A stretch of DNA of 64,000 nt from assembly GCA_038496445.1 (NCBI GenBank), contig JALMLS010000403.1, forward strand, positions 1 to 64,000. Direction: 5' to 3'. The stretch is from Trichosphaerium sp. ATCC 40318. Taxonomy: Eukaryota; Protista; Tubulinea. This document shows positions 12,390-24,733 of the stretch, piece by piece. Under the pieces are notes generated by a model. The model was not told the origin of the DNA and did not search any database. It was given only the letters and a program-made list of their open reading frames with translations. Position 1 is the stretch's first letter. Each line of letters begins with the position of its first letter. A program made the translations under genes and the position numbers.

Positions 12390-14936
12390 ATGCTCTTCCT
12401 TACGTTTTTTAACATAGTTCTAGCTGAAGTATTGTAAAAGTTGTCTTTGGTTATATTAATATACCTAGGGTAACTCGTCACACCATGGGGAAGGAGACGA
12501 TTGTGAAATCGATCAACACTCATGGAATGCAAATATATTTACTGTTTCTTCATGTCTAGTCATTCTTATACTCATAACACTCACGTTCGAAGGACTAACG
12601 GATAAGATAAAGGAAGTGAGTCACATACGAAATAAAACATCATCAAACTGTAACCAATCCGTTCCTAACGCGTATAAAAGTGGTATTCAGAACCTTTTAG
12701 AAAGCATTATCGAGCAATGATACAACAAGTTTACACAGAGCTTACAATACTTGGTACAATATCATTTATATTATTTATACTCCAAAAGTTCAAAGTGCCA
12801 CATTACATTGCACAGGTAACCGATTTTTTGGGAAACATTTTTGACTTGCATTCTTTGAATCAAGCTAAACTTACTGTCCTAAAAAGGCTTGGTCAGATCC
12901 AGTGAAGGATTGCGAAAAGGAATTATGTACGCTGAAGATATGCCTTTGATATATTTGTCTTATTTTAATCAAAAGCTGAGATGATCGAACTTGTGCATGT
13001 ATCACTTTTTGGTGGAACAATTTTTTATATCTTGTCTGTTGGTAAGATGTTTCACGTGATTTTTTGTCTTCTTCGCGTTTTCTCTTTTTATTCTTATTTG
13101 TAGCTAACATTTTCGTTGTCTATGTTATGATTATATGTATACACAGCGCAAGGTTTTGGAAAAAGCTTGAAATCGACTTGCCAAAATATCAGGTTAAACG
13201 TTGTATGAGACATGTTCTTCTTTTGTTCCTTTTTTTTTTTTTTTTTGGACATTCGACGTTTTGTTGAAATCATATGTTGATTTTTTTACTATGGGTTATT
13301 AATGATTGTTATGTAGCTCATGATCTTTTCTCTGGAGCTTATACAAAAGGGAAATGTTGTAGGTTCCTAAGAAGAGAAGCAATGCTTGAAGTATACGACC
13401 ACCTGCGATCTAATTTTATACGTGATAATAGTCTACAACAAGATTTTCACTTTTATCGATACTTAAAGTATCGCCTTGCAGATTATTGCATAGAACTGGT
13501 ACACAAAACAATTATCTTATGATATAAGCCATTTTTATTCTGATTGCTTCATACTCAAGGTAAACATTAAATGGACTTTTTGGGTGATAATAACATTTTG
13601 GATTATTGTCAATGCACTCCAAGTAAAATATGTACGAAAGCATCTATGCTTCTGCTAGAAGAAGACTGAAATTTTGTTAGCTATCAAAGTATGTAGACTA
13701 TCTATTTACTAGCTTCGCTATTGAAGTGCTTGTCATGGTTTTCTCATTCGTTTACTATGTACGCCAAAACTACTTTTTTTCTTTCTGGGGAAGCGCATCT
13801 TTCTTCTGATGCCAACAATAGTTCGTGCTTGTTCGTATTGAGAAAAAAGCAGCAAAAAGACTTCGTAAAGATCTTAGATTTAACTATGTAACTCCACGGG
13901 CAAACGAGCAGCAGCCATTATTGAGATCTTATCGTTCACAATCTAAAAGTAAACGAAAATCAAGAAAAGTAAAATTCGCCTTTGAAAGGGACTCACCAAC
14001 TAGTATTCAATCACTAGACGAACCACAGCCTATAGAGAAGATAGTAACTAAAATTGGTAGCTATGATAGTGAATCTGATGAGGTACGATCCAACAAACAA
14101 ACCAGAAAAGGATCATCACACCAAAAACTAACTAATAACCAAGGAGTATTATTCTGTAAATATGGGTATTGGCGAGTACGTACATAAGCACGAGAGTAAG
14201 TACGCTTGTAACATAGTAAAGACGTACGTACTTGTTCATTTAGAAAGTAATGAACTAACTTGTACCAGAAACTCTCTTCAGAGAAAAGAGTCGTTTGCTT
14301 TTGATCAAGCTGCCATAGATGAAGCGAGAAAGCGTCGCTCTGAGTCACAGTCCGAAACACCAAGACTGAATCGAAATCCTCGCAAACTTAAACGTAATAT
14401 GTCTAGGGTACCATACAAACGATTTAAGTGTAGGATCACTAACAAAGGAGCCTTGTAGGGTGTTATTGCCTCTAAAATGATGACACAACTAAAAGGTAAA
14501 GAAAGACAACGTGAGCAGTATGAAAAACTATTCCCTTTCTCATCTCCGTCGATTCTTGACCATGTAACTCAAATACTTATGCTATGGAATACCTGGTACG
14601 TGTAGTGATCCATCATTTTTAAAACTAAACCTGTTTAAATCAAGGTACTTTGCAATTCATATTTTACTGTTTGTTGTTTACAAAGGAAATCTCTGGTACA
14701 TGAATGTGCTTTGTTTTATTTGCACAGGATTCATTGTAGTCATTCTATGTCCTTTGTTTGTACAAAAGGCTGTTGTCCTACAAAACGTAAAAGTACGTTG
14801 TCATGTCTTCTTTGTTTATCTCATTCTAACCTGCTTCCAAAAGGAGTTGTCTAAACAAGAAACGATTGACAACTGTACAGCTCGCCAAGTCATGCAAAAT
14901 GATAACTTTAGCGATACCTCTTTTTCGGATGATTAG
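12390..14936 (+). CDS. MLO-family seven-TM protein (putative Ca2+ channel); start approximate
   Basis: TLTFEGLT, ELTILGTISFIL, ELVHVSLF, LRSNFI...FHFYRYLK...ELVNIKWTFW, LFPFSSPSILDHVTQILMLWN are characteristic MLO blocks. Confidence 0.75.
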
Positions 14937-15118
14937 CTAAGAATGCCCAAAAATAAAATAACACGTGTACTAAAAAAAAAGACTCATCAGGACTTTTTTA
15001 GCAAGTTGCCTTCACTCCAAAAAAAAAGTCTTGGTGAGCCTACCCTTCCTCCTTTGGTTTATAACATCGGCATAATTTCGTATCTTTGAAACAACACATA
15101 CGTGCATAGCACTGAAAT

Positions 15119-18100
15119 ATGGCGGAGCTATTAGACTTTGTGCGTGCAAAAGTATCAAAAAAAAAGAGGAGGTTTGTACACCATGGATATAATTTAGGTA
15201 AGCCTTTCACTCACAGTCGACGGGTTTTTCTGATGTTTCTTTTACGTAAAATGTTTATTCATAATTATTATAGATTTATCATACATTACAGCACGTATAA
15301 TAGCTATGGGGTACCCAGCAGAAGGTACATATAGATAAATACCGCTTTAAAAAAAAAAAGTCCTAATTAGAAACCCCCTCACGTGCTTTAGGAATAGAAA
15401 GTTGTTATAGAAATGAAATGAGCCAAGTAGTACGTATTTATATTGCTTTCTTTTGGATTGTTTTGTGTTTAAAGTAACACGCTTATTTTTTGTCAAGATC
15501 AAATTTTTAGAGGAGTATCATAAGGTATATAGACGTTAAAAATAATAAAAAGTGCCTACAAGGGCTTACATTCGAGTTTTGAAAATAACCTGAAGAGAAG
15601 ACTTTTTTTTATAAAAACAGCTAAAACTACCTTTTAGGACAAATATAAAGTATTCAATTTATGTAGGTACGTTGTATAATAATTGTGTAACCTCCATATA
15701 ACCTCTGTAGTGAGCGAAATTACGATCCAAGGAAATTCCACAACAGGTACGGAAAAAATTATGCAGTTTCTTTTTTTTTCTTTTTTTTTCAAATGCTAAT
15801 CACGTGATAATGTAATAGGGTATCACTGTATCCGTTTGATGGTATGTACCTTTTTATGGTCAAACTATCAACAAGTTTATTTATTTTCTGTAGATCATAA
15901 TCCTCCACCGTTTAATCACTTAACAAAGGTGAGCAAAAAATACCGAAGAAAAAAATAAAGGGGATTTTATTGAAAACTAACAAAGTGGAAAAAAAACCGA
16001 AAAAAAATACTCAACAGACCTCCCACGTGCTGTTATGAAATATTTCGGCAAAAAACTAATTTTTCAGTTTTGTGAAGACGTACAACAATGGATGGACAGT
16101 GATGAATCTAATGTAGTGGCGATTCATTGCAAGGTATTCTTTTTGACATGACGTGATATGTTCGTTATTATTCAAGTGCATATCTTAGGCTGGTAAAGGA
16201 AGAACTGGTACTGCCATTGCATGCTATCTATTGTGGATCAGCAAGTGTGATTCTGCTGAAAAAGCTCTTCAAATGTTTGGCGAGAAAAGGACTTATAATG
16301 GAAGGGTATGCAGTTGATATTACGCTAAGGGGATAGTTCTTTTATAACTTGGATGTGATCCAAGCATTTTTTTTTAACTGCTGCTCATTGTTTGTGCTCA
16401 CGTGTTACGTTAGGGAGTTACCATTCCGAGTCAAATACGATACGTTCATTATTTTCAGACTTTTTTACATCCAAGGTACGGTTTTCTTCCGATAACACGC
16501 GATATTAAGTCCAACAGAACAAACCGTTGTTAGTTAATTTATTGTTGAAGTTTTTAAACAATGGCTCATCACGTGGGTTTTGATTTTTTATGTACTTTTT
16601 AGATTCAACGCTTTGGAACGTAAGGTATTTGTAATAACCCAGATAAGAATATTTGGAGTACCAGAGCCCAGGTAAAGCGGTTTCTTTAATAAGCAAAAAA
16701 AACCAAAAGCTAATTTTTTTTTTTGTTTAGCTGTAAAGTGCATTTTTCTGTATTTCAACGAGGTAGAACGACATTCTTTACAAGACCACTCGTACGTGTT
16801 TTGAATCTAATAATACATACATAGTTTATGTGCATAATTTGTAAATTGTAGCATTATGATAGAGAGCAAGAAACACTTTACTTTAAATGTAACGCAGTAG
16901 TTTCAGCAGATGTTAAAATATCTTTCTACTGGGCAAGTTCAAAGGTATGTCTCCCTCTATTTTTACATCTCATAAGACAAATCATAACATCACATGAGCG
17001 TAGGCATATATTAACTATTTTTTAGCAACGTGTCTTTTGGTTTTGGTTCAACACACGTTTTATCAACGGAAATGATATTTATATTCCTAAACAAGGCATT
17101 GATGGTCAAAAACGAGGAAGAGCAACAAAGTTTGGACAAAAACTAGCTATTTCTGTATCCGTTAAAAGAGTACAGAAAGGAGGTTTTAAGGTAGAGAAAA
17201 AACCCATTGCAAGACAAACAACAAAACCTGGATCAACATTACCTATCAAATTAAAAAGACAACGTTCTCATTCACTTGGTTCTCCAAGGGGTATAGATCC
17301 TTCAACATGGGCTGTTGGTAAAACGAAAGAACGTACAATTACTTCGTTTTCTGGTTCATCCCCACAAAGGTACGCTAAAAACAGAAAAGAAGCGTGGAGA
17401 AAGAAATATTAATACTTCAAAAAAAATTCGTTTTTCTTTTCGCGGTCAGTACGCAAAACCAGCCTTATTTTGGAGAAAATCATTGCTGGTAGTAGAAAGA
17501 TAAAAGCAACGTCGAAAGCTTTCTTTTCCAATTTTGTTTTCGCACTTTTGTCCAAACAATCATGATATTGTTCTTTTTCTCACATTTTTACCATTTTCAG
17601 ACATATTCTATCGCATACTCGTAAACCTATAAATAATGGAAATCATCGATCTATTGTCCCTAGTATAACAATAGATAATGCACCACATGAAGAAGAAGAG
17701 ATGGATCACGAACCTTCACCTGAAATGATGAATACTATTTCTGATTCTCAAAAATGTTGTATTTGTTCAAAAGGAATAAGTCTATTAGATGATGATAAAG
17801 TGACAACACTAAACGGACTATTCTGTCATTGGAGTTGTATTAAATGTAGTAAATGTGGATTTTCACTAGGAGCAAAAGATACAGAATGTAGGTTCGATGA
17901 TACAGGCAGACCATTAACATTCTGCGGGTCATGTGATCACGGTACAGTCAAACGTTTTAAATGAAAGCTCTAACTTTTTGCGTAGAGTTTTGTAGGAGTT
18001 GTATCATCTGTCACGCTGTTACACACCCAAAAGATGTACGATGTAACCTTATAAAGCTATTAACTGATGATTTCTTTAGCTTAATTCTCATCGTATGTGT

Positions 18101-18680
18101 CCTGCATGCGCAGAACAAGCATCACTTGAGGAAGAAGAAGATTCTGATTCTGACAGCTGTCCAGTAATAAATGGAAGCCGTAGTCCACCTAGAAGCTCAC
18201 CACGTAAAATACAGCAACACAGCCAGGGTTTCAGAAAGAAAACACCAACAGACAGTACAAGGACTTCAAGAAGCGCCCCGCGCATGATTATTGGCTCTAG
18301 CGGCCGCAGTCCACCGAGGAAGAAGGCTAGTGATAGATTTGGAGGTCGCAGTGCTCCTCAGCCATCAGGATTTAGAGAAATGGGCTCTCGGGGACAATTT
18401 AGAGAAAAGCCACAGGGGATCCCTTATACAAATCCTTCGCCTCCGGTGTATAGAAAGAGAGCATCCGCTGTTACGCGGACGGGTAAAACACAGCGAGTAC
18501 GCAGTCAGACTGTTACAGCGATTAATCGGTGGAAAGCTCACGAGTTACCTTCACGCGGTACGTTGCTTGTAAATGGGAACTTATTGCTAGTTTTTCGGAA
18601 CTAATAGAGAACGTTTAGCGCCAGCTGGGAGAACAGTGAGGATGATTGCAAGCACCCGAAGTCATTATCAGAGCGAGTGA
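15119..18680 (+). CDS. PTEN: PTEN-type PIP3 phosphatase with C2 domain and C-terminal LIM domain; last exon and stop uncertain
   Basis: VSKKKRRF PIP2-binding motif, DLSYIT.RIIAMGYP, PFDDHNPP, HCK|AGKGRTG catalytic loop, GVTIPSQIRY, C2 FWFWFNTRF, LIM CCIC...HWSCIKCSKC...CGSC. Confidence 0.9.
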
Positions 18681-18923
18681 AAAGAAAGAACACTTCCGCT
18701 CAACAAGTAATCATTCTTTTTTGTATTATATAATATCCCTTTTGGCTGTGCCTATCGTATATTGTTTGGAATTGTAGACTTGACCTGGCCAGGTCTGATT
18801 TTCTCTGAAAAGAAAGCAAAGCTCTGAGCCCAGTTTACAAAAAAACGAGTCAACAGAATAACGTATTTCGCTGACTGTATAAAGCTTTTATATACTTGTA
18901 TCTAATGAACTGCGTCGCCTAAG

Positions 18924-21297
18924 ATGGGAAATGCTTTTGTAACTGCCGCTCCTGACCCAAATGATGAAATTGAAGCAACCAAGGTAAATTTGTGATATAC
19001 GTACGCCATTAAGCATACTCACGTTATAAAATGCAGCAACTCGAGGAAGGATGGGAGTTAATTCATGTAGCCGCTAAAAAAGGCGATGTTAATACCCTAA
19101 GGACTCTAGTTAACCAAGGTACGATAAAACGCGGTAGAATTCCTGCTACAAAATTTGTTTTAACATAATACGACGTTAGATAAGTTCCTCGTTGAGTCTA
19201 TGACCGATTCAGGCCTAACACCGCTTGCAATTTCTATGTTACACAGACAAACTGAATGTTCTCAACTACTCCTTCAAGTATGCTCACCAGACGCGCGAAA
19301 AGTGCATTCTATTCACAAAACAAACAAAAACTAACAAAACTCAGGCATCTGTCGAAAATACACGACAAGACATACAATCAACTCTTTACCCACACTTGAA
19401 CGTGCCACAACGAAAATTGCAGCCGTACGAATAAAGTCCTACCAGCAGGAACTGGTTTTTTGAAAACTTTTTTCTTGGCGAACTTAACTATCTCTTGGGC
19501 TGACGTTCGCGTAGACAGTGGGATTTCTCTGATACAGAAATGTTTTTTGCTTCTTCTCCACCTGAAGATGACACCCCTGATTATGGTCTATTCGAACCCG
19601 TGTTAGAAGACTCAAATGATTCTCTTGATAGCTCGGTACAAATTTAATTCAACGATTTAAAAAGGGAACTACTTTAATTAAATTTTATTCCAAAAAACGT
19701 TGAATCAAGTCTTCTTCGTAGTACTTGATTTCTTATCGTTTTAGATGGATGTATCGGTATTAAATAGTTCTATACCTATCCCAAAATCAATAAAAGAGAG
19801 TCAGGATGAATTCCACACGCCTAGCGGTGTAAGTAATCGATATCTTGTCAAGTTTTATTTTCTCTCATATACTGATTTTTTTAGTCTCCCGAAGTTTCGT
19901 TGACATCGTCCTCTTCTCCTTTAATGAATACACAATTAAGTGGGGATGATACAGGACCTACAAATATTAAAATAGCTGATCTATCGGAAGGATTAGAGGT
20001 GGAGTCTAGCGTAATCTCTCCAAGTGATAAGAGTGTATCAACAAACACGGACAGCACAAACAGTGTGACATCTCAACCTCAACTTTACAATTCAGTCTTT
20101 AACTATGTGGGATCTATGCTATGGGGTACCTTGCCTTCTACTCTATAGTGAAGCGTTACTAAATAAACGTAGGTGTTACCAAGCAACAGCCGAATAAACT
20201 TGAGAAAGATGTCAAAGTAATGAAAGCGGAGTTGAGAGAATTGAAGAAAAAATTCAAGGAACAAACACCTGTTGTTACTCAAGCGGGATTGACTCTTCCT
20301 GATGGTGATAATGCGCGTACGCATTCTTTTAAATACCCATACTTTTTATTTGGTTATTGACGGGTCGTTCTTTTAGTATTGCTCAGTGTCATTGATAGAA
20401 TGCGGAATCAACTTGATGAAATACCAAATCAAACAACGTACGTTTTTTGTTCTGTTCGCTGAACAGTGGAAGTAAGTATTTTTTTTTTGTCGTCAGTTAC
20501 CACTGATACGCTTTGAATCCAACATGAAAGTGTCGTTAACAAATTTTTTTTGTAATTTTTTAGCAACATTTACTGACTCCCGCTGAAGGTCCTCTTCACC
20601 TCCACCGCCTGTTATGGCTCCGCCTCCGCCTCCACCACCGCCACCACCGCCACCCGCACATTCTATATCGGCTGCATTCACACCACGTGTTGTTTTGCCT
20701 AAAAAAATCAAAAAAGAACGTGGACCACGTGACTATAAAAATGATCTTACAAAACTTATACAAGAATCATCTGTTGCAAAAGAGAATATATCAAAAGTAT
20801 CTGAAGCTTATTTTAATGCATTTGGAGAAGAACGTATATCTATGCTTTCAGACTTGATTTCTCATTATGGTTTCCTTATTACATTGAATCCAACTAATCC
20901 ACAAGATGCAGTACATCGTTATCTTCGTTGGGAGAATGGATTATTCAAAAAGATTGATGATGAAAAAGAGAGAAATGCATTAAGAAGAAGAAAAAGATTT
21001 GAGATTGAAAAGTATAGTGATAAAGGTGATATTAAGAATCAATGTATTCTTGCTTTAAAAGCAAGAGAAAGAGAGATTGCAAAGAAGATTGAAGCTGAGA
21101 AAAGAAAGCAAGTTGAGTCAAAGAAAGCAGGACTTATGGATGAGCTTAAAGTTAAGTTGGATGCAAGGGCTGCTTATGATGATGCGTTGACTGCTAAGGA
21201 AAAGGAAGCTGATGAAGTTCGTCATATTGAACAGTTACAAACTGTTCAATTAACATTTAGTCTTGGTGATAGTGACGATGATGATGATGATTGGTGA
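18924..21297 (+). CDS. Ankyrin-repeat / poly-proline protein ending in acidic-Trp (DDDDDDW) motif
   Basis: GWELIHVAAKKGD and GLTPLAISM ankyrin repeats; exons join in frame through an S-rich linker and coiled coil to the P-rich final exon. Confidence 0.7.
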
Positions 21298-21644
21298 AAA
21301 CGGGGGGTTATGAGTTGTAAAAAAAGAGAGGAAATTGAGTTTTTCAACAACATGATATTTGTACTTTTAATAAAAATGTTTAGTGGATATTTGTGCTCCT
21401 GTCAAGTGACTAGTCAGAAATTAAGTTGTGCCCAGTTGTTTCACTAGGTATGTTAGGTACCTATCTATGAACTTTTGAAATTTGTTTGGCATACGCATTG
21501 AAACACTGTAACAGAAAAAAAAATTGACAAGTTTTTGACCAGAAGTTGGTGATTGCGTTTTGTTTGGTTTTGATTTTTATTTTGTTCAATGTACATTTTT
21601 CTTTTTACATGATTGCCACAACGTGCTTTTTTAATGTATCTTTG

Positions 21645-24513
21645 TTACTTGAATGATGCCATAAATGCTTCTAGTTGTTCATCTACACCTTGAGATTTAC
21701 GTTTTCTTCTACCTTGTTTTTCGTTGTCTGAGCGTTCCTTTTTCTTTTTATTTTTTTTGTCTTCAATGGGCATTTGATCAAAATCACCATAAGCTTCTTC
21801 GTCTTCTTCCTGGTTTTCTAAAAAACAAGAGTAAATACAAAGCAAAATGAATTGATTCCAAAACAAGACAATACAGAGAATAGTTTGCAAAGCAATAAGC
21901 AGAAACCTTATTTTTGAAGATCTCAAATAAAATGTGCAATTGATCTCTTGATACGTACTATCCATTCCTTTCTTTTTAGCCTCCTCTTTATCATGTTGTT
22001 CGCCAGCTTTTCTTAATAAAGAGGTTAGTAAAGAAGAAGGTATAAACACGTTTGTTTCGAAAAAAAAGCCTAAAACTTACTTCATTTCATTTGGTGAAAA
22101 TGGCAGTACTGAGTAGTCATTGACTGGATTAGGATCAGCTTCGAGTGCTTCTTTAATAAACTCTAAAGCGTCTGACAGACGTCCTAGATTAAGAGCACAG
22201 AATGCAGCATTAAAATTAGCCCTAAATCACGTGTTAAGATTCTAAAAAAGTGATTAAGGTAAGCTACCTTGCTTTGTGGTTCGGTTTGTCTTTTATAGCA
22301 CGTAAGTGATCATCTAGTTGTTCTTTCATTGGATTCGATTGTGTGGATGTACTTTGACTTTTCTCAAACATACTCTTAATATCAACTTCATTTTCTTCGG
22401 CTATACAATCGAATTAGCATAGTGGTTGCCACAACAAAAAAGAAAGGGAATTTTATAAGAAAGGTACCAATCTTAAATATTTCTTCCAGTTCAGCTATTG
22501 AGTCATTTGCATTGTTACAAAGGATCATACAATAAACGATATTAACCTAATTAAACAGTTAAATATGCGTATACATAGAATTGGTTCAAACTATGTATCA
22601 ACATTACCTTATCATATAGTTTCTGGTCAATATCTGCCGACAATTCTGCTGCCTTAGAATCACATTAAATGAAGTTATTACAATAAAATTATAACAATAT
22701 ACCTCCCGCAATAAGTCCGCTACTACTCCAAGCTTACTTCGTTCTGACATCATGCTGTATGCCTTCAAATACATGTCAGATATCAAACACTACCAACAGA
22801 ACCAAAATTTCACAAAAAATTCGCACCTGTTTTCTTAAAGCAACAACAAGATTGTTGATAGATAAACCAGGATCGAAATCTGTATCAAGACTTACAACAA
22901 AAGTCAGAAAGTGATTGGTAGTAGGTTGATGTTGTCAACAAGCAAGAAATGTCCAAAAAATGGATATGTTTTTCCACTACTTCACTTACCCAACCTCTAT
23001 AGCTTTTCTGTAGTAATATATAGCTTCATCCATTTGTTGGACGTTGAACCATATATTCGCTTAAAGAATAAAGTGAGCAAACAAAGATGTTCAAAACCAT
23101 GTGCTTTCGTACCAACAAAATGATAATTTTGAGGATTTGTAGGATCCAACTCTAACGAGTACAGGTAAGCTACAGTCTCTATGCTTAAAAGTTGTATTGA
23201 ATGTGAGTACCTAATCCCTTGATAGCTGTATTGGCTGCTTCTTCTAGAGCTCCTTTTTGTGCTATGATATTTGCCATGCTATCAACAATTGTTGTTAAAA
23301 AAACTATGTAAAAAAAATACGAGTTCTCGTTGTACCTTATAAACCCAATAGCGTTTTTGCTATTCGCCTCTGTAGAAGCTCTATAGTGTTGATACGCTTT
23401 ATCTATATCTGTATCTAAAAATAGCGATCCAACATGCCTATTAAAGATGCATTAGAAATCAGAAAAAAAAAAACCTAATGTCCGTACATATGACTACGAT
23501 AGTCTCTAGGATCTTTTGCGATAGCATCAAGATAATGCACCTTCGCACCTTCTGTATCTTTTAATGCCATCTCAGTAATATATCCAAGATGGTAATGTGC
23601 AATAGCTGCCTCTCTAGCCCTATCACATGTCACAGCTTTCTGTAAAAGCGTAAGAGCAGCTTCTAAAAAAACAACTTCAGTTACACAAAAATCACTAAAT
23701 TTCAGACTCCACGTGATGATCACGTGAGTTTATATACCTGTATCGTTAAGTGTATAGTAGTATATAACACCCATGTTAGTATAAGCATGTGAATGAAAGT
23801 TGTTATGATTTAAACACTCTTTATAAAATTCAAGAGCTTTTTCAGTGTCTTTATCCTCGTAGTGCGCTTTTACACCCCTCTCATATGATGATTCTGCTTT
23901 TATGAGTTTAATTGCGCTTGATAAAGGACGTTGTATGCTATCATATTCGGTTGAGTCCAAGTAAAGCTTTGCGAGCTCGATATACTCTTTAATACTGTTT
24001 GGCGCTTTATCTATCTTCATTTGTTGCTCTCTAATGCGTGCATTAAAGAAATCATCGTCTTTGATCTCTTCTTTGGGTTTCTCATTTTTTTGTTTGGCCT
24101 ATTGGACTTGTTATTATGTTTTAAAGTGATTGAGAGTACTTGTTCGGTGAGGTCAGAGGCGGTTTGAACAAGTAATTCTATATTACCCCATTTTGTCTCT
24201 GCTAGGCGTAAATACGCGTCAATGATACGCAAGTACCTTTTTTAACACTATTCAGGAGTAATTGTGCTTTAGCGAGTAAATTCTGCTCTTCATGCACGCT
24301 AGGTTCTCTTCTACGCGTTGCAGAGTGCGAAGAGTGCGCTTTCCATGGTTTGTCATCATGATATTGCCTGAAGCTTGTTTGATTCGCAATGCGTACTCTC
24401 CTAGTAACTGACGTCCTCCCAACATGACACTTTGCTGGTGTAGCACGGCGTTGTGCCTTGTACAAACATTCTCTGGCAAAAACACGTAGTGCCATTGGGT
24501 TTCTAGCAAACAA
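21645..24513 (-). CDS. TPR-repeat protein with Arg-rich N-terminus (possible mitochondrial presequence)
   Basis: AYTNMGVIYY, AHYHLGYI...AKVHYLDAIAKDP, AYLYSLELDPTNP, KPNHKARANFNAA TPR-like repeats. Confidence 0.7.
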
Positions 24514-24733
24514 AATGCAAATAGTTTGACTTTATACAAACTTGGCAACCTCTCTTGCTTACGAAAAAATGAGCACGTGCTACCAGCAATTTTATACAAA
24601 TACTCAAGTTGTGACTGGTAACAGCATCAAAGTCAAGTACTTGGTTGGAAGGCTTGAAACAAAACAAGCGCATTCTGGTTTTCAACGGTGGTAAAAGATT
24701 GTAGCTGTAACAAGCGCCACAGACGTCGCAAAC

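Noticed and set aside
18782-18795. 14-bp palindrome gacctggccaggtc (also at 50-63)
   Set aside because: Single locus; the second copy belongs to the duplication; no supporting context.
20584-20586. Apparent in-frame TGA before the poly-Pro exon (selenocysteine or recoding?)
   Set aside because: Removed if the ctgaag acceptor is used; no other sign of a variant genetic code.
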